The notes under the pieces were generated by a model that did no database searches, was not told the origin of the DNA, and was given only the letters and a program-made list of their open reading frames with translations. A stretch of 64,000 bases of DNA, taken from the NCBI GenBank assembly GCA_964187785.1, contig OZ076412.1, positions 23,312,001 through 23,376,000 of the forward strand. Direction: 5' to 3'. The stretch is from Amphiscolops sp. MND2022 (Eukaryota). The position numbers and the translations under genes were made by a program. Shown in pieces: positions 49,706 to 62,039 of this stretch. Positions within the stretch are counted from its first letter, which is position 1; each line of letters begins with the position of its first letter.

Positions 49706-50423
49706 TTGTTTGATAATTGTTAAGATATGGTGTTACTAATTAGTAATTAGTATCACTCGTGGCCAAATGCTTTACTGGGGCATACCGCTATGATGGAATA
49801 ACGGGATCATCACTCAATAAACCATATAGTACAAAATTGACTTAAAAGATTCCAACGTTCCAAGTATTTAGGGGGCCGCGACCGATAAATATTAATACTG
49901 CTCTTTTCCGCCAATCAGCGTAAATAAATTGTCACGACAGTTCGCTCTGAGGCGGGAGCTTACTGACTATGTGCTAAACTCCATCTCTTTTTTATCTTCC
50001 AGGGAAACAACTTTTTGTGAAGCAGCAAAAATGTCAACAGCTTTTCTCACATCATGTTTGATAACCCCCGTCAAACTGGATCTTTCGGGAAAGCGACTAC
50101 GCAATTTCGCCGGCGGCTTTTTAACTGGTGTGAATTGAATTAGCAGGTGTGAATTGAAATTGTCACCTGCTAATTCAATTCACACCTGCTTTTCAATTAG
50201 GACACATTTCACACGCGTCAGGTGTGAATGACTCTTGTGAAATTTGTCCTAATTGAGTCAAAAAGGTGACAATTTCAATACAGGTGCTTCAATCGTTGTT
50301 TAATATTGTTTCATTAGCGTGCTTGCTTGCTTCTTTCAAAGTTTAGTTATTGCAACTCAGTTTAACGAGTCAATTTCCAATTCAAACTCAAAAAATACTA
50401 CAGTTTACAAAAATTCTACAAAA

Positions 50424-50975
50424 ATGAGAGAAAACATTGTCATCCTCGCCGCGTCCAATGGAACATGTTTTGCAAAGCAAACATCGGAGAAAAACATTAA
50501 ATGCAGATGGATAAGTGGTGCTAGGACTAAGAGTAGGAATGAGAACAAAACCTTGGACTGTTTGATCGGGCAGGCTCTGAAGCTAGATCATCCTAAGGCA
50601 GTAGTGGTGTATGCAGATATACCACTGAACAGCCTGACGAATAAAGACCGCCCTTTTGATGAAAAGGACTGGCAATCTCCCGAGCAGATTGCCGAGTCCC
50701 TTCTGCAGGCGCAGCAGCGACTGGAACAGTCTGGTGTAGCCGTGCTAACCATGACTGGACGCCGCCCTGCCAGAGGAGATAATCCAGAAATTTTCCTGAA
50801 AGATGCTCTGCAAGAAAAGGGCGTTCGTTTTTTTAGGGCAGATAGGGCGGGGGAAACTAAGGATTCTTTTCAAGCGGATGGGGTTCATGTTTTGCCAGAG
50901 GTTTTCAAAAAAACGGTACAGACGCTATCGATTGGGTTGAGGGAGGGAAGGATGGGTTCAAACGTCGTAAGGTAA
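50424..50975 (+). CDS. SGNH/GDSL-hydrolase-like protein (183 aa from ATG 50424)
   Basis: Intronless intact ORF with blocks ILAASN, WISGA, PLNSL and C-terminal DGVH in SGNH order. Confidence 0.62.
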   Translation: MRENIVILAASNGTCFAKQTSEKNIKCRWISGARTKSRNENKTLDCLIGQALKLDHPKAVVVYADIPLNSLTNKDRPFDEKDWQSPEQIAESLLQAQQRLEQSGVAVLTMTGRRPARGDNPEIFLKDALQEKGVRFFRADRAGETKDSFQADGVHVLPEVFKKTVQTLSIGLREGRMGSNVVR

Positions 50976-51004
50976 AAGGGATTCGTCGGGGTACAGGTGT
51001 GAGT

Positions 51005-51113
51005 AACGATTAGATTTAGAAAAACTGTGATTGTTGATTAAGGCCTTCACAAATTACTGAGTAATTTGTGAAGGCCTTAATCAACAATCACAGTTTTTCT
51101 AAATCTAATCGTT
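51005..51113. repeat. Perfect palindrome, 54-bp arms, 1-nt loop
   Basis: Arms 51005-51058 and 51060-51113. Confidence 0.92.
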
Positions 51114-51219
51114 TTCCTCTTTTTTTATTCTATTTCATTTTCACTGAGATAAAAGTCTAAAAACCACAAAAAAACATAAAAACTTATTAAAAAAGAGTGT
51201 ACAGCTTTTTTCTAGCCAA

Positions 51220-51852
51220 CAGTTCGTAGGCTTCGCCTCGTGTTGTCTTGAATGGTTGTTTCACCGACAAAAAACAAAAAAATCAAAAAAAAGAGTTGAT
51301 GCAAGAGCAACTTCGTTTTCTCTAGTCAATAATTCGTAGGCTTCGCCTCGTGTTGGTTTAGATGAATGTTTTTCTCTTGTTAGGCTCACAAAAAACCAAA
51401 AAAAAACAAAAAAAACGAAATGGGTTGAGAAACCCACCAAAAACATCAAAAAAGTGTTTGTGCAAGAGCAACTTCATTTTCTCTAGTCAATAATTCGTAG
51501 GCTTCGCCTCGTGTTGTATTAGATGAATGTTTTTCTCTTGTTAGGCTCACAAAAAACCCAAAAAAAACAAAAAATTGGGCTCTTGAAGACAGCTCCAAAG
51601 AAAAAAACTTCAAAATTAGATTAGATTAGATTAGATTAGATTAGAACTGGAAAAAAAACAAGGAAAAACGAAAAAATCCAAAATGAAAAACCTAACAAAA
51701 TGCAAAATCCAAAAAACCGTTTTTTGGGGCCCAGATAGCGTGTGTCCTCGTCGCGGCCCTGGGTACTGGTGTGACAAGACCAGTAGCAAGAGCGCTATCA
51801 AACATTTTTGTCTGACAGAAAATATTGTTCTCTTTCCACCTCCAAGGAGAGA
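51220..51852 (+). repeat. Second copy of the 37560-38445 element
   Basis: Same units, TTAGA tract and tail (the same spurious MKNLTKCKIQ ORF appears in both). Confidence 0.8.
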
Positions 51853-53364
51853 AGCCTTGGATTTCTCTAAATCGCGTGTATAGCTGATTTAATTGAGATG
51901 AATTTAAAAAATCAAGCCACGACAGTTTGCTGTGATGCTCAGCTCTCTGCTGTGTTGTATGCTACATCGTTAGATCATCGTTTTTTCATATCTGTCACAT
52001 GTAAGCCATTATAATGAACAACGCTGACGTATAGACGGAGCTTGGAGAGTGAGAGCTTTTCAATGGTAGTCACAAACGCGACTACTCTACTAGGTGGCGG
52101 GGGTAGTATCCAATCCATTCGGAAAACGAAGACCGTCGTGACGACCAACAATTACTAATGTGGTTACTACAACCACACCATTTTTACCTCCAAGCTTCTA
52201 ATACAGCTGATTTCTATTTGATATATCCGAAGTGCAATGCCCGAATTCCATCGTATTCAGATGCGTTCAATTTACCTCCCCAGCCACCTACTTCTTTTTC
52301 AAAAAAGACCCGGAGTGTCATGCCTAATGCATGAAATTATTGAACATAGATGCGGTTAACTACACAGCATTTAATTTAACTTGAAGAAAGAATGAAGTAA
52401 AAATCCACGAACAAATACAGACGAAGAAAAAAGAATGTAGTTAACTAAGCCATCATCATGTGATGATCACCAAACCAAAAATCCAACGTTCCAAATACAT
52501 CGTTTACATTTAGTTTACAAATAATTCCGCTTTCCATCAACCATAATCATACACTTTTTACATGTACTTTTCAAACCAATTTCTTGATACACCAGTCGTC
52601 ACAACCTTTAAATATATGTCCCGACTGACTGGGTTTTAGTCTCCGAATTTCTTCAAAATAATTTTTGTCACTGACTAATCAGAAACCTCACTCGGTTTAG
52701 TCCCAGAATCTCTTCAAAACAATTTTTGGATCTTTTCTTTTAATTACTTCCCCAAATTTGAATATTGCACTCAAGGACGAGATTTATTCAAAAAGGGGAA
52801 ATCTGATGACTGTGTGTTCCAGTTGTACTTGCGCTGATTTTCCCAAGTTGGTTAAATATGAATTGGCAACAAACTTACTCACAGTACGTTATTAGTCCTA
52901 CAATGGTATGGAAATGAAAAGTTATGAACACAAAAGACTGGTTATTGTCTTTAGGCGCCCTGTTAGACGGTTAGTTTTGGTTAGTCCCGCTAAATGTGGG
53001 GTTGGTTAGTCTGTCAGGTTAAGTTAGTCCAACCTGAAGATCGACTAAGTCAGGGTTGGTTAGTCCTCACCAAAGCGCTATACACAATGTTTAAACATGG
53101 AAAAAATATGGTTAGTCCAAATTCAGGTTCTTCTAGGTTAGTTAGTCTCATCCTGAAAGTAATTAGTCTCAATTCTGATTGGTCGAAACCAGTGTCACTC
53201 GCCCTCCGGAGAACTTAAAGAGTTAGTCTTGCGATTTTTTCAGTTAGTCTCGAGTTAAACCTCCAACTTTAGTGTTAGTCTCAAGTTAGTCTCCAGTTAG
53301 TCCCTTTAAAAGTCACTCTTTAAAAAATGTTTTGAAATGTTTTAAGAACTTTTATATCTTAATG

Positions 53365-54700
53365 GGGGGCGTATTCGGTGTATGCACGCTCGCCCTCACC
53401 GTCGCAAAGACCAGCTCCCACCACGATCGTTCGCGCTCTCCGTTCCCGCTAGGTCTTTTCTTCTTTTCTCCTGTTCGACCTCGCTTAGCAAGATGGGCAA
53501 CACTCAGCGGGGCACTAGAGGTGATGGGGACAAATCTCAGGCACGTTTCATACTTTAAAGTCGTTTCATATTTCAAAGTAATTTCAGGTTAAGTTAGTGT
53601 CAGGTAAGTGTCAGGTTAAGTTAGTCCACACCTGAAGATCGACTATCTCAGGGTTGGTTAGTCTCCACAAAACTCCTTTAAACAATGTTTAAACAAGGAA
53701 ACCCAACTAGTGCTGAATTTGGGTGAATATAGTTGGGAATTCATCCTTTTTACATCATACGCTAAAGTGGTGCTTGAACTTAGTAAATATCTTCGTTTTG
53801 CTAAAGAGACTGAGAAAATGGGAAAATACATCCCTAATTTCATCAGTAAAAGAGCGATTATGTTGGATTTGCTTATTTGAATGTAAAACACATCGATAGT
53901 TCATCGTTAACTCAGTGACGCGCTGGAACTTCGTAACGCGCTGGTATTTGAAATAACAAATATGGGAGGAAATTTCTTTTTTTTCATCGCAAACCCAACT
54001 AGTGCTGAATTTGGGTGAATGTAGTTGGGACTTCATCCTTTTTACATACGCTGAATATCTACCTAGTTTTTATCACCTATTCATCCGTGCAATAGAATAA
54101 CGTTCGATATTGACTGTATTGCTAGGAGAATCCATCGCTTTTTCATCGCTTAGTGTGTTTTACCTTGATTTGACTCAGTATTAGTACAAAAACGATCATT
54201 TTCATCATGTTTCTATCTCAGCAATGGAGAGAGGCTTTGAAAATCACGCCTAAATAAATTTGTTGATGAATTCACGATGGTTAACTTTAGTCAATGCGCT
54301 AATCTAAATCCACATCTTTCAAGTTTGACAGTCAGCGATAAAAATAGATGAGCTTTCGTCAACTTTCACTGATGGTTTCACTGGCAGTCTTCAAGTCAAG
54401 TAGATTAGCAACGATGAATTTTCGATAAATAATCACGACAGTTCGCTCTGAGGCGGGAGCTTACTGACTATGTGTCAAAATCCATCTCTTTTTCATCTTC
54501 CAGGGAAACGTCACGAAAAGAGGAAAACCAAAACAATTGAAAAAACGATGACCTTAGTAACAATGAAACATAACACAGCAGAGAGCTGGGCCTCAAAGCA
54601 AGCTGTCGTGACTTGAATTCTAAACTTCATCTCAAATACATCACCTACACACGCGATTCAGTGAAATCCTGGGGAAACGATAAAAGAACGACAAAAACTT
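53365..54700 (+). repeat. Non-coding dispersed composite repeat family (copy B)
   Basis: Same sequence blocks in the same order as 24890-26580. Confidence 0.8.
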
Positions 54701-55340
54701 TACATCGTTTGCCTATCACTCAGTGCTTCCAGTCGAATAATCGTGCAAGATGAAGAAGCGATGTAAAAACGATGAATTTTTAGAATATACTCGAATCCTT
54801 ACTTCATCTCAATTACATCACCTACACACGCGATTCAGTGAAATCCTGGGGAAACAATGAAAGAACGACAAGAACTTTACATCGTTTGCCTATCGTTCAG
54901 TGCTTCCAGTCGAATAATCGTGCAAGATGATGAAGCGATGTAAAAACGATGAATTCTTACGATGTAAAAACGATGAATTTTTAGAATGTACTCGAATCCT
55001 TACTTCATCTCAATTACATCACTTACACACGCGATTCAGTGAAATCCTGGGGAAACAATGAAAGAACGACAAGAACTTTACATCGTTTGCCTATCGTTCA
55101 GTGCTTCCAGTCGAATAATCGTGCAAGATGATGAAGCGATGTAAAAACGATGAATTCTTACGCTGTAAAAACGATGCATTTTTAGAATATACTCGAATCC
55201 TTACTTCATCTCAATTACATCACTTACACACGCGATTTAGTGAAATCCTGGGGAAACAATTAAAGAACGACAAGAACTTTACATCGTTTGCCCATCGTTC
55301 AGTGCTTCTAGTCGAATAATCGTGCATGATGATAGTGATG
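54640..55340. repeat. CGATG/CATCG-rich minisatellite (~167-190 bp units, ~4 copies)
   Basis: Recurrent ACTTTACATCGTTTGCC...GCGATTCAGTGAAATCCTGGGG units. Family members also occur at about 1250-1455, 22835-23110 and 26370-26580. Confidence 0.8.
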
Positions 55341-57045
55341 TAAAAACGACAAAAGATTTTCATAGTTTACACATGGCTCGAAGAAACCTTCCCCCTAAAT
55401 ATTTGGAACGTTAGTAAAACGTCTTCTAAGTCAATCTTGTGCTATATTCCCCCCATCCATCAGGTTCATATCCAAAACTTGAAGTGACCTTAAGTAATGC
55501 TGCTACCTAGTAATTTCATCGCTTTTACATCTACGAATGCAACCTTAGTCATTCGCTGTGAACCGTGTTTACATGTATTATGAGCCTCCTGAACCATACT
55601 GTGCATATATAATTGTTATATTTTGGATATAATTGAGATTTTGTAGAGAGTGATCCAAAAGCTGATTTCAAGGTTGCTCTGCTTTATTAGCACAATAGTT
55701 CATAGTTGGGCCAGTTCATAGCACTTTCGACAACTGGTGGTGTATACTATCGTCACAGGTACTAATTAGAGTGTTAATCAGTTGTATTTGAAGTACATGA
55801 CCGCAGGCACCAGTCATCGTATCATTTAATTACAGCAATCAAATAAAGTGATAATGATTATCAATTTGGATTACTAGTAGATGTAACAACCGCATGTTTC
55901 GGTCGTCATAGCGACGAGATCAATCATTATGGCATTGAAAGTTGATCACTTAATAAAATCGTTGTCTTTTTCATGAGAAATACACAAATTATCAGCAATT
56001 AACCTTGTGTTTACATGTACTCTGAAATGCGTAAAGATGACTACTGATGGTATGCGCCTGCTTGTTCAATTACTCCAGCAGTTTTTTATCTGTTTTACAT
56101 CGTCGGTAATCTAGCACCAGAAACTAGATTATTTGCAGTTGTGAAATCATTTGAAGTATGTGAGGAATTTATCACTTTTACATCGTTGTTTAGAGTCCTC
56201 ATAATTTCCGAGTTAGGATGATCGGACGATGTGATACGGATGAACTGTTATTTAATTATACTGCTGTTTAATTGTAGTTGCCATTTCCAATATTTAAATT
56301 ATGTAAAATGACACCAAAAACTCTGACAAGAAAACGATTAAAAATACAGTTTTCAGAAAGTCGCTCGGTTGACCGATGAACTTCAATCTTGAAGACATTG
56401 GGGAAAATCAGAAAACGCGAACTAATAGCTGGACACACGATGGAAAAGTGATAAAAAACTCAAAGTCAAACGATGCAAATGACGAAATTAGCGCGCAGCT
56501 CTAGTGATCACTACATACATGTAATTAATTTTTTTCAACTTGACGCCTGAATATGTATTTCAAATAGGAAGCTTACTATTCGGTTGAATCTAGGACAACC
56601 CCCCAGTCACTCGACTAAAATACTCAATTATGTGAAAGCATTTAGCATGAAAAGTGCAAAGTAGCAAAAAGGGAAAAGAATTTGGTTCCAAAATGTTAAA
56701 TTTTCAATTACTTGTCACAAAGATCAACAATTCCAAATACTAAACCAAAAGGTTTAGTCGAATTAACACGAAACGAAATAAACTGTCTTCATTAAAAACG
56801 TAATACGTTAAGGCTCTTTTCTGTCCCTACCCATGTGAATTCACGCATGTAATTATATAAATTAGTCAAATTAGTGTACATGTAAACCAGTCAAAGTGAA
56901 AAGTGTCAAACGTCAACCTAATTACCGACTGCAATTACAATGTGAAGCGTTTTTGTTAAATAAGAAAGCCAATACGATGTATCGTTTCTTTGGTGTAAAG
57001 TAGTCAAACTTTGATCACTTTCCCCTTTTGAAATGAATGGTATTT

Positions 57046-57209
57046 CTAAGTACTCGAAAAGTGGATTCTAGTCAAACATTGACTAATTTACGTGGTAGAT
57101 AGCTCTAAGTGCTCGAAAAGTGGATTCTAGTCAAACATTGACGAGTTTACGTGGTACATAGCTCTAAGTACTCGAAAAGTGAATTCTAGTCAAACATTGA
57201 CTAATTTAC
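57046..57209. repeat. 59-bp tandem repeat, ~2.8 copies
   Basis: CTAAGTACTCGAAAAGTGGATTCTAGTCAAACATTGAC... starts at 57046, 57105 and 57164. Confidence 0.85.
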
Positions 57210-57444
57210 GCTTTATACACGTTACGGAATTGAGCCAATTGTAGGTTGAAATTCTTGACTGGTTTCCACTTTTCTCTAATTACGCTCAATGACCAAAATC
57301 CGCAATTTCTGATTACACTGTGCATCAAAATTCACGATGAACACACTACTCTGTTTGACTAGAATACGGTTCGTTCTCGTTTTACGGCAAATACACTTTA
57401 CACTTGATGATAAAATCCACTTTTGCGGCATATGTATCGTAATG

Positions 57445-60400
57445 CACTATAGACGTCACCACCAAATTTAGACCACGTCCCCTAATTGAAGATTATGATC
57501 CTTATTATATAGATCCTGACTACAATCGGGACCCTTACTGGGATGATGAATTATACGACCAACAACAGCTTAAATTCCATCACAACCTGTCGGGGCACAA
57601 AGATGACCATAAAACAGATGAACCCATAGAGGATAACAAATTAACTAATGCCCTAATCCACCTATGGGAACCCAACCATCCTACGCCCTTCGACATTCAC
57701 GGCCCCCGGAGCGAACTACACTACACATAAACGAGGAGACATTTCTCTTGGATGAGACCATTTTTGCTAATGTTCTTACATTCTCAGAAGCATATCCACC
57801 TTATGTCCCCAGTCAATTTATCTCGGACTCCAATACCAACGCAGGATGCTCTATTTCCCCATGGACTTCGGAGAGCTCACAATGGATGGACTCGTTGACA
57901 CTGGAGCTCTCACCAGTGCAATACCAGAATCTGACCTCCGAAAAGTCAAATGATTAACCCCTCAATCGATGATAAAGGAAAGTCCTCCTCCAAACTTCCA
58001 AATATTGGTAGCCAGTGGACAACTAGAATTCCCGATAGCCACAGTAGATTTCAAACTGGAAGTTGGAGACATTGAATTCCATGAGATTTTCATAGTCATG
58101 GACAATCTGACTGGACCGAAATTAGGGCTCATGTTCCTACAGACAAATCACACAATACTGGACATGAGACAAGGGATACTAAATTTCCCGTACTTCTTCA
58201 TGCAATTACAATCTGCTGCCCATAAATACTCCGATGTCATGGAGCCAATTCTCAGTTCATGCGACATCACAATCCTGATTAACGACCGTGTGACAATTCA
58301 AACCCAATCACAACTTCTTTCTGAACATAATGTAACTGGAATACTACAAACGAGTGACACACTGCATGAAGAGGGAGATGTTACATTTCGCCCAGGCATA
58401 ATAACACTGTCAGAAAGCAATACATAAGTACACATAACCAATTTTAGAGACCAACCATTCTGTATAAAGAACGTTCTCCATGTAGCTAATAACTCGGTAC
58501 TAACCCCAGAACAACCAGTGGACCCTGTCACAAAATGGCATCTACTTCAAGGAAATAAAGATAACGCGATACAATACCTTAGCAGTCTTCTCAAAACTCA
58601 CCGAAATAGCTCGGAGAGCTCACAATGGATGGACTCGTTGACACTGGAGCTCTCACCAGTGCAATACCAGAATCTGACCTCCGAAAAGTCAAATGAATAA
58701 CCCCTCAATCGATGATAAAGGAAAGTCCTCCTCCAAACTTCCAAATATTGGTAGCCAGTGGACAACTAGAAACCCCGATAGCCACAGTAGATTTCAAACT
58801 GGAAGTTGGAGACACTGAATTCCATGAGATTTTCATAGTCATGGAGAATCTGACTGGACCGAAATTAGGGCTCATGTTCCTACAGACAAATCACACAATA
58901 CTGGACATGAGACAAGGGATACTAAATTTCCCGTACTTCTTCATGCAATTACAAACTGCTGCCCATAAATACTCCGATGTCATGGAACCAATTCTCAATT
59001 CATGCGACATCACAATCCCGATTAACGACCGTGTGACAATTCAAACCCAATCACAACTTCTTTCTGAACATAATGTAACTGGAATACTACAAACGAGTGA
59101 CACACTGCATGAAGAGGGAGATGTTACATTTCGCCCAGGCATAATAACACTGTCAGAAGGCAATACATAAGTACACATAACCAATTTTAGAGACCAACCA
59201 TTCTGTATAAAGAACGTTCTCCATGTAGCTAATAACTCGGTACTAACCCCAGAACAACCAGTGGACCCTGTCACAAAATGGCATCTACTTCAAGGAAATA
59301 AAGATAACGCGATACAATACCTTAGCAGTCTTCTCAAAACTCACCGAAATAGTGAGGACATGGAACAATAATGGTTCCCAACACCGGAGAACCCAGGAGA
59401 TGAACCAAACCATACCCCCATTCAAAAACGGAAACTCTCCGAACTACGTAAGTTACAGGAACTAGAACATTTTAACCCGCTAGAAAATCAACAATCACGA
59501 CAGCAATTCTTGAACAACTTCGACTGGAACGATTCAATGCACAACAAACAAGAAATAGCGGATATCGAAAACCTCCTTTCATGACATCTTTGCTCGTCAC
59601 AGATTTGACATTGGCATGAATGAGGAATTTACAGTCAAACAAATACGGATGACTCACCAGCATATAGCTAGAGTTTACCAACCCCAGTAAACCTCAAAGA
59701 CGATATACTGGTCAAACTAGCTTAACTACACAAAAACGGATTAGTCACAACTTAACCGTTCTCAAAAAATGCCAGGCCTGTTGCCTTGCAGATCATTGTC
59801 CGCCTTCGCCAATTTTATGCGGGAATATCTCGATAATGTGATGAATGCAAATCAATGCGCCCAATATGTCGATGATATTGGGATAGCAGTCAACACCGCA
59901 GAACAACTACTGATCAATCTGCGCGAAACATTCAAGTGCATTCGCAAAGCAGGACTCAAACTAACAATGCATATATGCCATTTCGGAGCGACGGAAATCA
60001 ACTTCCTAGGACGAACAATCACCCCAGCGGGAGAGAAACCTCAGAAGGAAAACTTACAAAACATTCTCGAGAAAACCAAATTTCCAAAATCAAAAAAGGC
60101 TCTCTAACGACACCTTGGGTTCCTCAACTACTACAGAATCAATATCCAAGAACGAATACCACAATTTAACGCCATCAATAAAGACCTAGACCGATGTTGT
60201 GAACAGGCACTTAAACAACCATTGCCTAACAAACAATTGGCTTTAATGACCGACCCCAGTTTTTCGGCAGCTGGATATGCCCTCCTCACGGAAGATGATC
60301 CGCAACAGAAAAAAACCTCATCAAGGAAAGCATATGCACCAATAGCATACGGCTCGAAAACATTCACATCCTCACAACTGAAGATGTACATTTATGCAAA

Positions 60401-61458
60401 AGATTTCCTAGCCATCAACTATGCTTTCAAGGAGTTTGGACCTATCTTCTGGGGATAACACGACTACCTTTCCAGACTTGGAATGGATCCTAAGGACAAA
60501 TTAATTCTCACTATAGTAGAAGACATCACTAAAAAACCAAATGAGGTCAATATTCAGTCAACTGGTGTTCCTGAGGAAGAGCAAATCTTCTTCACAGAGG
60601 ACGATGATGAAACGGAACATGAAATGTGGGAACGAAAACAACGAGCGAAACAAAATCTTGCAATTGCCGAATCAACAATAACAAAAGACACCATGTCCAC
60701 AAACACTGTCAACACAGAAATAACCAACAAATCTCGCCTCAGCAAACGATAATCAGAGCAGCTGAGCAGACAAAAGATGGGACATTGATTCAACTTAGAG
60801 CTGAAGTACAAAAGGAAGATTACTCTGACGAAATACTCCAACAGGACGTACGATTTTAATCAGAATTACTGAACGCATAGTAATGCGAGACGAGGTGCTG
60901 GCATGCCAGTACTTCGACGAATAGGACAAATTAAATACTAAAGGACAAAAAACAAATAGACACCTTACGTTTCAGCTCATCCTCTGGAAATCAACGATTA
61001 CAGCTCTGCCTTACACTCTCAGGCAAATGACCAACGGTCATAGCTTACATTCCGAGATTATTTGTGGACGGGACGCTACATAGTCGTGAAAACTCTCCTG
61101 AACAACAACTACATGATACGAAAATTACAAACCAACGAAACCCAAACACTAAACAGGATAGGCCTGAAACCCTGCCCCACCAAAGACCGCCTACCCGACA
61201 TACAAGCCCAAGCGAAGGATTTTCAACTAAACAATGAAGTCGAAGTCCTAAACGACGACTTATATGCCCTCGCATGGCAATCAGGATTTGAACACTTCGT
61301 TATACCCAACAACAGCAGCCCTATCGATGTACCAACAATCACCCACCCACGACAAGTTTGCTAGCCTAGAAGACACAACCGAAGACAAAGCCCGGGATTT
61401 CCCAATGCAACCCAGCGGAAGAACGTCAAAACTTAGAACTCAACCCAAACCCGGAACC
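57445..61458 (+). pseudogene. pol: Degenerate gypsy pol related to element 1
   Basis: Fragments align by eye to element 1 Pol (IDPDYNRDPYWD, protease, QYVDD, LMTDPS, KAYAPIAYGSKTF). It has many stops and frameshifts, deletions near 59768, 60150, 60455 and 60940 (IN core absent), and a 743-bp tandem duplication. Confidence 0.93.
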
Positions 61459-62039
61459 TAATTCCCTGAAAAGGAAAATACAACTTGCACAGTAACCTCC
61501 CTTCAAACTGGAAAACGGATCACGCTTACTACAACCCAGTAGTTGGCAACCAACATGAATAACTCTTACAATGAATTCGTGATATGGCACACTTTGACTA
61601 CTCACTCATTCTACTATCTACCACTGACTCACTGTCCCTAATTTCAGTCACAACTACAAACTCAAGACGAAAATGAATTCCAGGAGCACAACAATGTGTT
61701 GAAGAATACCCCTCTGATTTTCGTGTAGATGAGCTAAGACTCTTAAACGAGCCACCCATTTTCTTTTTCAAGTTTTTTTTTCGAATATCTTTCACCGACT
61801 CAGAAATCGACAATGTTACCTACCAATTTCAGAAACAATCACGTGACAAACCCAAATCTCAATTATCTATAAACAAGAAATAGTAATCATTCATCTACAC
61901 ACAGGGTACAAAACAACAAGTCGAAAGAAAATAAAAAAAGTCGCAGTTCACAACTCACATGGGCACAGAAAATTTAACACCAATTTCAAGGAAAGACTAT
62001 CCACGGGCGAGTCTCGAGCCTTTGTCGAGGTTCCTTTGC

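Noticed and set aside
61560-61880. Possible extra small ORF between the decayed pol and paralog 4
   Set aside because: Interrupted by stops, no counterpart in element 1, and cannot be supported.
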